A DNA stretch of 64,000 nucleotides from assembly GCF_006345805.1 (NCBI RefSeq), contig NC_042998.1:157480001-157544000 (forward strand), read 5' to 3'. The position numbers and the translations under genes were made by a program. Below are positions 12,456 to 25,606 of this stretch, one piece after another (position 1 is the first letter of the stretch; each line of letters starts with the position of its first letter). This DNA is from Octopus sinensis. Lineage: Eukaryota. Under the pieces are notes generated by a model, which ran no database searches, had not been told where the DNA came from, and saw nothing but the letters and a program-made list of their open reading frames with translations.

Positions 12456-14775
12456 TTAAACAAAAAAAAAATGGGAAGAATGTAACAAAACGAAGTAATA
12501 GAGAAATATATGTTATTCTGTGTCAGGTCACGCTAATATATTTACGAGTTTGAGTTTATGAACACCAGTGTCTTTTCGCCAGAATAAGAGAATCATAGAG
12601 AGCGAAACAGAGATATGGGGGAGGGAGCGAGGGAGAGAGAGAAGAATTGTGTATAGAGATGGAGGAGAACAAAAACAGCGAAAGACACCTAATATTGAAA
12701 GTATGTTTTAGTACACTCAAACGAATCTATTAGTACCTAATTTTATATAGGACAAGTGCATGTTTATGCGTCTTTAAGTTACAGATATACAGTTTTATAA
12801 TTACCGGACTATGAATGACTCCCACTTTATATCACTGTATAGCATCTACTTCTCATTTCATTCACGAGACTATGAATTCTGCTGACTGCTTTTCAATAAC
12901 AAAATATTTTACAATATGTAGATTATGAATTGTATAGACTGCTGGTGTCAAATCATGATGACTGAATGTCATGATCTTGAATAAATTCTATCTAAATAAT
13001 TTGGTCGAATGGATAACAAAACTATAAGTTTTGGCTCATTGCCAATCTGCATTGAATAAATAAAGGATGGTTTTGAAAGAGTTACTTCAAGTAAATTCGA
13101 TAATACTCTACATTCATTTGCTCTTTTTATCACTTTCGCAATGCTTCCATCACTTTCCTCCTTCATTGAGAACAACGTTCTAAATTCTTTTCAAGCACTC
13201 ACCTCTTCTTGGTTAACTTTCTATTTTCAAACAGTGACTTGAATGTTTTATACCTCAAATCGTCTTCCCCAGTTTTTCCCTCATACACGTATCTTTGTGC
13301 AACATACATCTATTTATTAACCCTTTCACCTGCAAAATCACCCTTCCCCGCTCTGCCGTACCATTCCTAACATTATAAATGCATCCCATAAATCGTCAGT
13401 ACCACAGAAACCTGAAGCACTTATGACATTTAGAATTTCATTTGTTCATTTGTTCTTACATGACACTTGATGGTTGCCTGTGTGTTTAAATGCTCAACTT
13501 ATTCTCGATAAGAAAACTTCTTTGTCAGTAATATAAATTTCAATTCATCTTCTTTTAACAGAATTTCTCGTGAAAATTTTCCAGCAGGGAATCTTTGTCC
13601 CCTTTCAGTTTCTAGAAATCAGTCTGCGCGAGCTTGAATTGAGTGTTCTTTTATATACTAGACCTACGTCTTTTTGATGTACTGATTGTTATTTAATTTT
13701 GCTGGAAGTTGTTCAATATAATTTCGATAATAAAATGCTTAATGTTCTTTCTTTCAAATTTTGTTTGTCTTTCCTATCATGAATTAAAATAATTATTCTC
13801 TTCTTGGAAGGTGACAATAATTTACTTTCCTTAATGGGTGTTATCACGTATATCATAGATAGAGAGTGTGATCTATTCAATTGCTACAAAAGAACAAAAA
13901 TGAAAGAAAATTTCTTCAAAACACTTGAACAGGTTTTAGCAGAAATTTGAATAAAAATCGAATTAAAGAGATAAAATGAAAGGTAGATGAATGAAAACAA
14001 GAAAAAAAAAACTTAGTACAAATGTTAAATTTTAAGTTGTAAACTCATATTGCAAATGTTGCGAAATATCACAGGACAAATTTAATTAGACTTTAACAAG
14101 TAATACTGATTTCTATAGATATAGTTTTGCATTCTTTGGAATAATTGAAGAATAAAAAAAGCATATATGGAAGCGTTAACGCTCTGCAATAATGAACATA
14201 ATGTAGCACTTATTCCATTAAAAAGTATACGTTAAGCTCTGAAGAAAAAGAATTACCTTTTTAAAGACTAATGAGAAGCAGGTTTATTACAATAAAATAG
14301 AAGAGAAGGAGTGCGAGTGTTTTAAACTAGGACACAATATATTTAATCAAATAGCATTTGTTTACACTCACTCACGTACAAAAGAAAACGCAAAGTAAAC
14401 GTACACACATAAAAACAATGGTGGTTCATTTTAAAACCAATAAATATACTACATACTTTATATTTCTTTTAAGGTGATCATTTTTGTGCGAAAAATTCTT
14501 AGTACAAGTCATAAAGTTTATTCAATCAACTGAGGTTTTACTTAATTTTTAACAGAATCAAAGGGGTTGCCCGATTTTGTTATTTAAGATGGTTTTGATC
14601 AATATGTAACAAGCTGTCTTAAATAATGCGATAGAACCGTATCAACGGATTGAAATTACAGTTTCAAATGTATACATACGCATATGTATATACATACATA
14701 CTTACATATATATATATATATATATATATAACCAAAGTCGAAGTGCGATAAAATAAAATTATATATATATATATA

Positions 14776-15185
14776 GGCGCAGGAGTGGCTGTGTGGTAAG
14801 TAGCTTGTTTACTAACCACATGGTTCCGGATTCAGTCCCACTGCGTGGCATCTTGGGCAAGTGTCTTCTACTATAGCCCCGGGCCGACCAATGCCTTGTG
14901 AGTAGATTTGGCAGACGGAAACTGAAAGAAGCCTGTCGTATATATGTATATATATATATGTATGTATGTGTGTTTGTGTGTCTGTGTTTGTCCCCCTAGC
15001 ATTGCTTGACAACCGATGCTGGTGTGTTTACATCCCCGTAACTTAGCGGTTCGGCAAAAACAGACCGATAGAATAAGTACTGGGCTTACAAAGAATAAGT
15101 CCCGGGGTCGATTTGCTCGACTAAAGGCGGTGCTCCAGCATGGCCGCAGTCAAATGACTGAAACAAGCAAAAGAAACAAAAGAAA
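14776..15185 (+). mobile_element. Complete young octopus-type tRNA-derived composite SINE
   Basis: Head ggcgcaggagtggctgtgtggtaag with B-box-like ggattcagtccc, internal (TA)/(TG) tract, tail actgaaacaagcaaaagaaac; flanked by TA repeats. Confidence 0.9.
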
Positions 15186-15362
15186 TATATATATTTATAT
15201 ATATACATATATGTAGTCTTGAGAGTCAAGACTATTAAAAAGGTTGCAAGACGCAACGAAAATTTTTAGGAAAATAAAAGTAAAAAATAAGTGGAAATTT
15301 TACCTGTGAGTGTGTTACATTATAAGGCACAAAAAGAAAATGACTCTCACCAGACACAACAG

Positions 15363-15426
<64 letters not shown>

Positions 15427-15598
15427 AGTTATGTATGTATGTACATATGCGTATGTATGTATTCATTTGAAGCTGTGATTTCACTCCGTTGATAGGTTTT
15501 GGTATATGGTTTAGCTTATATTTAATCTTTCTATACGACGTAATTTTTTCTAAATGACATAATTTTTTTTTTCATTTTTGAATTGATAAAAGGTGGTC

Positions 15599-15646
<48 letters not shown>

Positions 15647-15729
15647 TATATATATATATATATTGTGAAATTTTATTTAGTATTTCTAAATTGAATTTTT
15701 CCCTGTAAGTTTAGAATAATATTCCTTCA

Positions 15730-15816
<87 letters not shown>

Positions 15817-15817
15817 A
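15730..15817. repeat. (TAA)n microsatellite, tail/target of the R4/Dong element
   Basis: Direct reading. Confidence 0.95.
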
Positions 15818-18800
15818 TCATTCAGTAGTTTTAGTTTTATAACGTGATTTCACTTGACTACCGAGCGCAGCTCTGTGCGCCTTGGGTATGTGCTGTGATT
15901 TGTTGTGATGCTCTGATGGTTACTGTATTGAAAGTGTTCTGCGTGTGCAGTGCCTTGTAGTGCAATTTTCTGTATGTTATATGTGTTTGTAAGTCCTGGT
16001 GTTTTTGTTTTGTATTAGTCTGAATATTTTCTTATCATGCCTAATGCACTTACTATGATAGGAATTGTTTCTGTTTTAGATTCCACATTCTAGTTACCTC
16101 TATTTCCAGGTCTTTGTATTTTGAAAGTTTCTCCATTTCTTTTGGAGACACGTTGTCATCTGCTGGTATTGATACATCAATTAGAAAGCATTTTTGTTTT
16201 CATGATCTTTGACAACTATATCTGGTCTGTTGGCCTTAATTTTCCTATCTGCGTATATTGGCATATTCCAGAGTATGGTTGCTTTCTCGTTTTCTACGAC
16301 CTTTTCTGGTGTGTGCCTATACCATCTTTTTTCTGTTGTTATTCCATAATGTTGGCATAGCTTCCAGTGTATGTAGGTCCCAACTATGTCGTGTCTGTGA
16401 ATATATTCCTTCTTAGTGAGGACTGGGCAGCCAGAGATAATATGATTTATTGTTTCTTGTCCATCTCCACATATTCTGCAGTTACTTGTTATATTTCTTT
16501 TCATTACATGCTTTTGGTAATTTCTGGTGAGGAGGCTTTGGTATAGTGCTGCAATTAAAAATCCCTCTGTCTCTACTTTGAGTCCTGAGCTTCTCGACCA
16601 TTGCTGGGATTTTTCTTTGTCTATTTCTTTTGCATTTAGTTTAGTCCGGTACTTGCCATGAAGAGGCTTTTCTTGCCATCGCTTTATCATGGTCCGTTGC
16701 TGTTCTAGTTTTAGTTTTGATTTCATTTGCTTTATAGCTTTTCTTCCTCTTCTTCTTCTTCTTCTTCTTCTTCTTCTTCTTCTTCTTCTTCTTCTTCTTC
16801 TTCTTCTTCTTCTTCTTCTTCTTCTTCTTCTTCTTCTTCTTCTTCTTCTTCTTCTTCTTCTTCATATTTGTTAGGTGGTATGATTTCTTGTTTGTATTTG
16901 TCGGCTTCCAGGTATTTTTGCAGTCCTATGGTGGTTATTTTATAGTAGTTTTCCAGCTTTATAAGGCCTCTACCACCTTCTATACGTTGTAAATATAGCC
17001 TTTCTATGTCAGATTTTGGGTGATGCATCCTAGATCCTGTCATTATTTTTCTTGTTTTCCTATCTATTTTGGTTAGTTCATTTAACGTCCAGTTAAGGAT
17101 ATTGTAGCTGTAACTTATAACTGGGACGGCTAAAGTGTTAATACCTATTATCTTGTTTTTAGTATTGAGCTCTGTCTTTAGTATTGATCTAACTCGTCTA
17201 TAGTATTCTTTCTTTATTTTCTCTTTCATTGTGTGTGTTGTGTCTTATCTAGTTCATGGATTCCTAAGTATTTGTAGGTTTGGCTTTGGTCTAATTCTTT
17301 TATTTCATTGGTTTTATCTATTGTGATATCGCTATTCTTAACTAGTTTTCCTCTTTTCAGGGTTACTTTGGCGCATTTTTCTAATCCAAATTTCATATCT
17401 ATTTCTTTGGTGAATCCATGAACTGTCTTTGATAGTGTTTCCAGCTGTTTGTCATTTGTAGCGTATAGTTTTAGGTCATCCATATATAAAAGGTGGCTGA
17501 TCGTTTTGCCGTAACGCTTATATCCATATCCAGTTCTATTCAGCATATCAGATAGAGGTGACACTGCCAAGCAGTAAAGGAGTGGAGAGAGCGTGTCTCC
17601 CTGGAATATTCCTCTTCTAATGGAGATGGTTTTGGTTTTGACGAGTCCCTCTTTTGTTTGGAGTTGCAGCACTGTCTGCCATTTATTCATAGTGTCCTAT
17701 GTATTTTATAATTGTTGGTGCTACTTTGTTAATGGCTAGTGTTTCGAGGATCCATGTGTGGGGGATGCTATGAAACGCTTTACTGTAGACGATCAACGCC
17801 ATACTGAGGCCTTTGTTCTTTCTGACGCTGTCTTCAGTTATGGCTTTATTGATCATTAGTTGATCTTTACAGCCATATGAGACTTTGCGGCACCCCTTTT
17901 GCTCTTCTGGAAACAGGTTGTTTTCGTCCAGGTGCTTGTTCAATCTTTGTGATATTACTGCAGTGAATGCTTTGTACATTATAGGAAGACAGGTTATAGG
18001 TCTGTAGTTTTCTGGTTTTGCTGTCTCATTGGATTTGGGAATTAAGATGGTTTTCCCCTTCGTGAGCCATTCAGGCATTGTCTCTGGCTCTGCCAGTAAG
18101 TTGTTAAAGTTTTCAGCCAGCTTTTTGTGCATTCCTGTCAGATATTTCAACTAGAAGTTGGGGATCTTATCATGCCCAGGTGCTTTCCAGTTGCTTAGTC
18201 TTTGCAGTTGTTATGGGGGTCCACATTTGCTCAGATGCTACGTTTGTTGTTTTAATACTTCTTTTCTTTGGTTGTTCATTCGCCGACCATATTTCTTTTC
18301 AGAATTCTTCCACTTCTTCTGTTGTTGGTGCTGCAGTGATTTCTATTTTATTTTTGCCAAGTTCTTGGTAGAACTTTTTCGGGTTGGAGTTAAACTGTTT
18401 GTTTTGTTCAAAGAAACGTTGGCGTTTCTCATACCGGCGGATCCTTTGTTCTTTCGCAAGGATATCTTGCTTTAGCTTTTCTTTTATTTCAGGTAAATCT
18501 TTTTCTATGATGTATTTGCTCAGTATTTTTGTTTTCTTTTTTTGTTCCTTAGTAGCGTTGATTGTCTACTGATTTCATTAAGAATCGACAGATCTTTTAT
18601 CATTTTTTGTATTTTTTTAAATGTTATTTATCCACAGGGTTTGTTTGGGTGGTGTTACTCCTGGTTGGATGGGTTTGAGGGAGTATCCAGCTTCTTGTGT
18701 GGCTGCAGTGGCTGCTGCATATACTAAATCATTTAGCTCAGTGATATCGCTATTTGTTTCAGTGGCTATTATTTCTGTGACGGCTAGGTTTATGCCGTTT

Positions 18801-19881
18801 ATAATTGATGATGTTTTTTGTCTATTTAGATTTTTGGGAGGTATGTCGGTGGTGCATTTTGAGATCTGTGTTTTTCAGTTCTTTGATTATTCTACTTTTT
18901 ATAGTATCATAATCATTAGATCCCCCTTCGTTGTTTCCAGGCTTTAGATTTGTGTCGCTTTCTTTTACATTCGTATGTTTGTCTGTCGTGTTTTGGCTTG
19001 CTGCTTGTCGTGAATTATTATGCATCCTTACGGTCTGGGTTTGTTGTTTTTTGTTTACTTCGTTTTTGTTGGAAATGTTACGTTTGTCTTCGTGTTGTAC
19101 AGTGTTCACATTATTTGGCATTGTTGTATGGCTTCTCTACATTTTCCTGGTGTATTTTTTCTTTTAAATGTTCTATTTCTATTTCTGATATTTTCTTTGC
19201 GTTGAGAATATATCTTCGTACGTTACCTAGTTTATTGGGGTTCATTGCTGTATCCAAGTCTTTATTTATGTTATTTTTCTTCCATATTTTATATGTATAT
19301 GTTGTTGTGTTTTCGTTCTTTGGTTAGAGCACTGCTGTACAGTAAGCGTGTAGGATAGAAATGTATTCCTCACGTGTCCATTTATGCCTTTTTGGTTTTA
19401 TTTGCGGGACATGAGGAACAGCGTCCGGCCCGTTATTTTGACGGTCATCATTTTCGTAGGGTACCGGTCCGTTCATTTCTGTTGTCACATTGTTTTGCCC
19501 GTGTAGTTTTTCGTACTTTTTGCGTAACAGGTTCAAAGTACGTACTTCCCGATTGTTATTCTTGGGTTGAATAATAGCGGTATTATTTAATTTATTCGTA
19601 GTTCCTTTGTACATGGTGTTTGGGGCCGGAGATGGTCTGTTATTGATGGATCATAATGTATCAATCATGTTTACATGGTTGGAGATGATATCGAGTTAAA
19701 ATACATCATTCCGTTTGGAAAATAGCAATACATTCCAATGAGTCTTACTTACTCGGATACAGTCCAATCCTTTGTCAGTTATTTTTTGGCTCCATGCGAT
19801 GTCTTTGTTTCTGATTTTTGTGGATAGATTTCGGAGCACTTTTTTATCGCTCCTACGTGTTAAATGTCCCCTGGTGTTCTC
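15818..19881 (-). mobile_element. Near full-length R4/Dong-clade LINE family B (about 4.06 kb; single ORF disrupted by frameshifts)
   Basis: ATG at 19614, N-terminal KRHKWTREEY; RT motifs NYRPITCLP, EEQKGC, GIFQGDTLSPLL, YMDDLK, YKYLG; CCHC finger CRICG..ETINHIISGC; RHD and RPDIVV RLE motifs; flanked by (TAA)n. Confidence 0.92.
16748..16863 (-). repeat. (GAA)n tract of about 39 units inside the LINE ORF
   Basis: Pure (TTC)n on the + strand; reads as poly-Glu in frame with the upstream RT segment. Confidence 0.95.
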
Positions 19882-19899
19882 TTATTATTATTATTATTA

Positions 19900-19930
<31 letters not shown>

Positions 19931-19931
<1 letters not shown>

Positions 19932-20757
19932 TATGTTTGACTTTTGCTTTATGTCTGTACAAGTTGGCTCCAAGTCTCACCCAGAGACCTCAAGAGACAA
20001 CAGGTTGGAAGTTCTGTGCCATATATTTGGGGTTTTTTTTTGGTGTTGTACTAGTGAATGTCTAATACATAAAAAATAAATAAATAAATAAATAAATAAA
20101 TAAAAGTTTGTTTTAAACCTTGGGATTACATAGAGAGTATTTTGCGTAAGATATGAGCAGTTCCCATGAGCACTATCTTTTGAATTTCTGCCATTTTGGG
20201 GTTTCCTGGTATCTGAGCTAGGTAGCAATCAGTCCCTTTCGCTATCATTCCCAGGGCACCTATGACAACAGGTATTGTTTTAGTCTTCAGCTTCCACATT
20301 TTGCTGATTTCTATTTCAAGATCTTTATATTTGCTCAGTTTTTGGTAGGTCTTGACAGATACGTTTATATCGATTGGGACAGTCATATCAATGAGGAGGC
20401 ATGTTCTTTGTCTGAAGTCTTTCAATATAATGTCTGGCCTATTTGCATCTATCTTTCTGTCAGTTTGAATGGTGAAGTTCCAGAGGAGTGAGATGTGGTC
20501 ATTTTCAAGCACAGGAGGTGGATTGTGTTCCCACCAGTTTTTTTCATGGGGCAAATCCAGGTGTTTGCAAATTACCCAGTGAATATATTGTGCAGCTCTA
20601 TCATGCCTACTGAGGTACTCTGTAGGCGCTAGAAGACTGCATTTGGAAACAACACGGTCAATGGTTTCATTTTGTTGTCGGCATACACGACATGTTGGGC
20701 TACTGCCGTTCTTTAATATGTTGGCCTGGTAGTTTCTTGTTGGTAGGCATTGATAGA

Positions 20758-20760
<3 letters not shown>
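19931..20760 (-). mobile_element. R4/Dong family A, 5'-truncated copy (CCHC plus RLE plus 3'UTR)
   Basis: Open frame CRVCRQQNETIDRVVSKC, RHDRAAQYIHW, NRPDIILKD, KLSKYKDLEIEI, stop near 20126; (TAA)n on both sides (19882-19930, 20761-20830). Confidence 0.9.
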
Positions 20761-20818
<58 letters not shown>

Positions 20819-20884
20819 ATATTATATTATATTTATAACTAACGTTTCTGAGTGTTTTTACCCTCATTTTCGTCGGTTATGGAA

Positions 20885-23800
20885 CTTACAGGTAGAATAG
20901 AACCACTTTTGGGTAATTCATCTTTGAAGGATATTCCTATACCATCTAGAAAGGAATATACTTTAAAAACTTCTTAATAATATTAAATGTTTTATTACTA
21001 GGATTAAATGGAAAGCCTACTATACTAGTAGTAACATAACTAACATTAGTGATGTAGAGAATAATAATTATATTATTTCAAAATTTAAATCTAGGAATGA
21101 ACCCACATATAATAGAGAAATACAGGTTTTAGAGGATAATATTTGGAAGGTAGTGAAAAATGTTAAATTTCGTAAATATCCAAATAGACGTAATGAATAT
21201 TTAAGAAATTTAGCTATTAAATAAAAGAAATGCGAAATATGGAAGGTATTATGTTACAATCAGATAGAACCTCTACGAGGGGCGTTCAATAAGTAATGCC
21301 TCTGACCAACTTGCCGTTGTTCCATCTAATTTTGCATGTGCAATTATGTATATTTCTATAGATTACGTGGCGAATTACAGCTCCGAACTCATGGTTCTTG
21401 ATTTACAGGTGTTTGAAATGAGTCAAGTGGGAAATGGAGCCTGTTGAGTGCCGAGCAGTGATCCGGTTTTTGTATTTGAAATGACGCACACGACAGGAGA
21501 ATTTTGATGAAATGAAAGTAACTTATGGTGATGATGCCTCATCATATGACCTTGTGAAAACGCTGGCATCGTGAATTCAAACATGGTCGGAACTCTGTGG
21601 AAACAGCTCCCAGATCTGGTCGCCACCCTTCTGCCATTGATGAGGCATCTGTCCATCATGTTGAGGCTGCCATTTTGAAAGATTGACGCATAACTATTCG
21701 CCAAATAGCCCATGAGGTCAAGATTAGTACCGGGTCTGTGGAAACTATCATTCATGACCATTTGCATATGCAAAATGTGTCTGCCAGATGGATTCCCAGG
21801 TTGCTCGAGTGCTCGAGGATGAATTTAGGGATGTGCCAAGAAGATGAGTCAAAAGTTTTCAAAAGACTGATTACACAGGATGAGACCTGGGTCCATCACT
21901 ATGATCCAGAGACCAAAGCCCAGTCAATGCAGTGGAAGCACCATGACTCACCTCCTCCAAAGAAGGCAAGCGTGCAGCCCTCCGCTGGCAAGGTCATGCT
22001 CACAGTCTTCTGGGACCAGGACGGAGTAGTGATGACAGATTTCCTGGCAAAGGGTACCACAATTACAGGAGCCTATCATGCTTCCCTTTTGAGGAAATTA
22101 AGAGAAGCTATCAAAATCAAGAGGCGGGGCAAGATCAGCAAAGGCATCCTCCTCTTGCAGGACAACGCTCCGGTCCACAACTCGCGTGTCGCCAGATCAG
22201 AAGCACAGGCGTGCGGCTATGAACTCTTCCCCCATACCCCTACTCTCCTGACCTTGCACCCTCTGATTTTCACCTCTTCCCAGCCATGAAGTTGTTTTTG
22301 AAAGGAAAGCGTTTCCCAGATGATGCAGCCTTGATTTCTGAAGTCACGTCGTGGTTGGAGGACCAAGCTGGAGTCTTCTACGAAAACGTTCTCCAGAGCT
22401 GTATCAAACAATGGGAGAAATGCGTAACTCTGGGTTGTTCCTATGTAGAAAAAGACTAATACCTATGCCAAGTTTCGTTGCTCTACTGCTATGGGAAGTG
22501 GGTCAGGGGCATTACTTATTGAACGCCCATCGTATAAACTAGATATTAAATTGTATGATATCCTATTAAAGAAATAAATAAGTATAAAATACAAAACTGT
22601 CCCAGTAAATACACTCTATAATATAACTAAATCCTCTAAATTAATAATGATGAAATATAATTTAGATAATAAAACTGAACCTCCTTGTATCTATGCACCC
22701 TAGGATAACTTTGAAAGACTACAAGGAAACTTTTTACTCTGAACCTAAGGCTAGATTAATTTGTCCATGTAAATCAGATTTAGGTAAATTAAGAAAAATT
22801 ATTCTAGATAAATACATTAATAGATTAAATGAATTTAATTACCTAAAACTTTGAAATAGTACTAATGATACTTTAAAATGGTTTCATAATACTAAAGATA
22901 AAAATAAATATAAATTCATTGAAATAGTTATGGATAATTATTCTTCTTCTATTAATGAGATCGTACTCAATAAAGCCCTAATTCATGAAATGAATAAGGT
23001 AGGAATGACTTCTGATGATGTTAATGTTATTAAAATTGCTAGGAAATCGTTAATTAGATATAATACATTATGCGCTAGTAAGGATACTAGGAACTATTTT
23101 GATATAGCTATGGGCCCACGAGATTCTGCACAGGCTAGTGATTTAGTAGGTTCTTATTTATTATCGGAACTTCAATTAGAAAATTTAAAATTGGAGGGTA
23201 GTTTATATAGAGATGACCTTTACTTACTAAGGATTGTACAAATAGAAAAACTTTATAATTTCGTTAAAGGATATGGTTTAGGTATTAGTATTTATAATGA
23301 GAACTATAATGTCAATTATTTAGATATTAGTTTTAATTTAATAATGAGTAAAACTCAACCATTCCATAAAATTAATGAAAATCTCAGATATATTAATGCT
23401 TATAGTAATCATTCACCTTCTGTTAAAAAATTGTTAAAAAATAATGTAGGTAAAAGATTATCATTACTTTCGTATGATTTAGAAAGTTGTAATAAACATG
23501 CACCTTATTATAATAAAGCCCTACATGAGGCAGGATATGATAATAATATTAAATTCTTTCATATTTGTAAACATAATTATAATTTGAAGGAGTACAATAT
23601 AAATGATTTTTATAATGATAAACCTAATTATCTAAATTATGATAAATTTTATGTAGGTATCTATCGTGGTATTTTGATGATGTAAATCATATATTTAATA
23701 TTGGAATAAAAAATAAAAATAAAAATAAAATAAAATTTAATGCAATTAATGAAGATTATAAATTTAATAATATTACAAAAATATAATCATAATAAAAGAT

Positions 23801-24509
23801 AAGAATAAAATATGGTTAATCGTTCCTTCTGTGGCTCAAGTTAAAACAAATGTTATTAAAGAGATTTTAAATATAATTGAAATATTCATTAAAGATAATA
23901 AAAAATATAATAACATATTTTCTAATAAAAATTTTGAGTTGGGTTTTCAACTCCTAATAATGTTGGTAATATTATTTCTTCATTTAATAAATTTAAATTA
24001 AATTAATTCTACAAGCATACATTAAATATTGATTCCAATAATAATAATAATAAAGACCAAGATATAATTTATTGTACATGTAGTGATAAGACTACATGTA
24101 ATTTAATAATAATTGTAATTTAGATACTGTAGTCTATAAGTGTATGGTAAATTTAATAGATGATAAGAATTCGAATAATCATAATTTAAACACTATTTAT
24201 ATAGGGTCCACTTCGAATAAAATTAAATCAAGATTAGTTCAACATATGTTTTCTTTTAGGAATAAAAATCTAATAAATTCAACAGCTCTCGGTAAATATA
24301 GATCTATTAAATCTAGATCCATTAAATATAAATTAACTTGGGATATTATTTATTGGGAAAAATCATATTGTACGGGGAGTAATTTATTGTGTAATAATGA
24401 ATTCAAAGAAATATTATTTAATAACAATTATGTGATGATAAATTCATTAGAGGAACGTAAAATTAAATGTAAACATAAATTAAATTACCTATATAATAGG
24501 TTTAGCTAA
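20885..24509 (+). mobile_element. Penelope-like element, RT plus GIY-YIG ORF (AT-rich, degraded), interrupted by a mariner
   Basis: N-term SLKDIPIPSRKEY..FITRIKWKAY; ARLICPCKSDLG; TLKWF; MGPRDSAQASDLVG; LYRDDL; YLDISF; SNHSPS; GIY-YIG IYIGSTSNKIKSRLVQH, STALGKY. Confidence 0.85.
21276..22532 (+). mobile_element. Complete mariner DD34D element with TA target duplication
   Basis: TIRs cgaggggcgttcaataagtaatgcc / ggcattacttattgaacgcccatcg, TA at 21274-75 and 22533-34; WIPRLL, ITQDETW, QDNAPVH, YSPDLAPSDF (one frameshift); removing it rejoins the PLE sequence. Confidence 0.95.
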
Positions 24510-25282
24510 TAAATAAATGATTATATAAATTTATTAAGATATATTAATTATATATATGCATAAATTAATGTAAATATAATATATATATTCTACTTAATTA
24601 TTAATTTGACTTTACATTTATAGTAAGTAGTCATTTCAAATTAAATGCTAACATAATTTTATTTACCTATATGATACGTTTAACTAATTTTTCTGTATGT
24701 ATAAAACCTTATTTCTTTTTATGTTATCTATTTCCTGTAGATATAATTTAGAAGTATTAGTGTACAATTTACTATATTTTTATATGTTATATTAATATAT
24801 TTGAATAATTTTAAACTTAGATATTTCTTAATACATAAATGATTATATATAATTTTATTACTATTAGTTATAGTAATATAAATTAATTTAAAATATGTAT
24901 ATTTTACGTAATACCTATTTGGAATTTAATTTATAGTAAATAGTCTTTTATAGTTCTTTTGTTATTCTATTTTTCTTCAATTATTGAAGCTTTAATATTT
25001 TTCTTCTTTGTCATTAATAAATATATTTCGTCATTTTCATTGATGATTTTATTCTATCTTTTTACACAACGTGTTCACGAGTTTAATTTCTTATAAACGC
25101 TAAGACCGACATATTTACGTTTAAAATTCAATTATATAATATTCATCGACAAGATAAGTAACGTTTTTTATTTTAAAATATTATTTAACTTTTGAATTGT
25201 ATTATGGTTTATTATTAATATTATTACGTTTATATATTTGTTGTGCAAGATTTTTTATGTGACGTCGTGTGTTGAAACAGAC

Positions 25283-25606
25283 ATCGTTGTATTTCGGAAT
25301 GGTCATTTTGCCAGTTTAGCCAAAAAAACACACGCACTATATATTTGGTGTAACTTTGCTTCAGTGTTATTTCATACAATAGAAATACAAAATGGCTGAC
25401 GGTTAGTAAGGAGAGACACAAATAAGAAAGAAGAAAGCAAAGGACCACTGATGCGGTCACAGGAGTGTGACGAAAGAACTCTGGCCGAAATAAGATTATG
25501 ATTAATGTAAAAAATAAATAACACTGAAGCAAAGTAACACCAAATATAAAGTGCGTGTGTTTTTATTGGCTAAACTGGTAAAATGACCATTCCGAAAGAC
25601 AACAAT
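25283..25606. repeat. Inverted repeat, about 90-bp arms (25283-25372 / 25516-25606) around a 143-bp spacer
   Basis: ttcggaatggtcattttgccagtttagcc...gcttcagtgttattt is reverse-complementary to aaataacactgaagc...aaatgaccattccgaaa with few mismatches. Confidence 0.9.
25445..25484 (+). ncRNA. Minimal type I hammerhead ribozyme, A9C variant
   Basis: CCA CTGATGC G GTCAC aggagt GTGAC GAAA G aa CTC TGG: stem I cca/tgg, 5-bp stem II, CUC triplet. Confidence 0.55.

Noticed and set aside
19615-19881. Possible HDV-like ribozyme at the 5' end of the R4/Dong element
   Set aside because: Could not find a P1 complement or nested pseudoknot by eye
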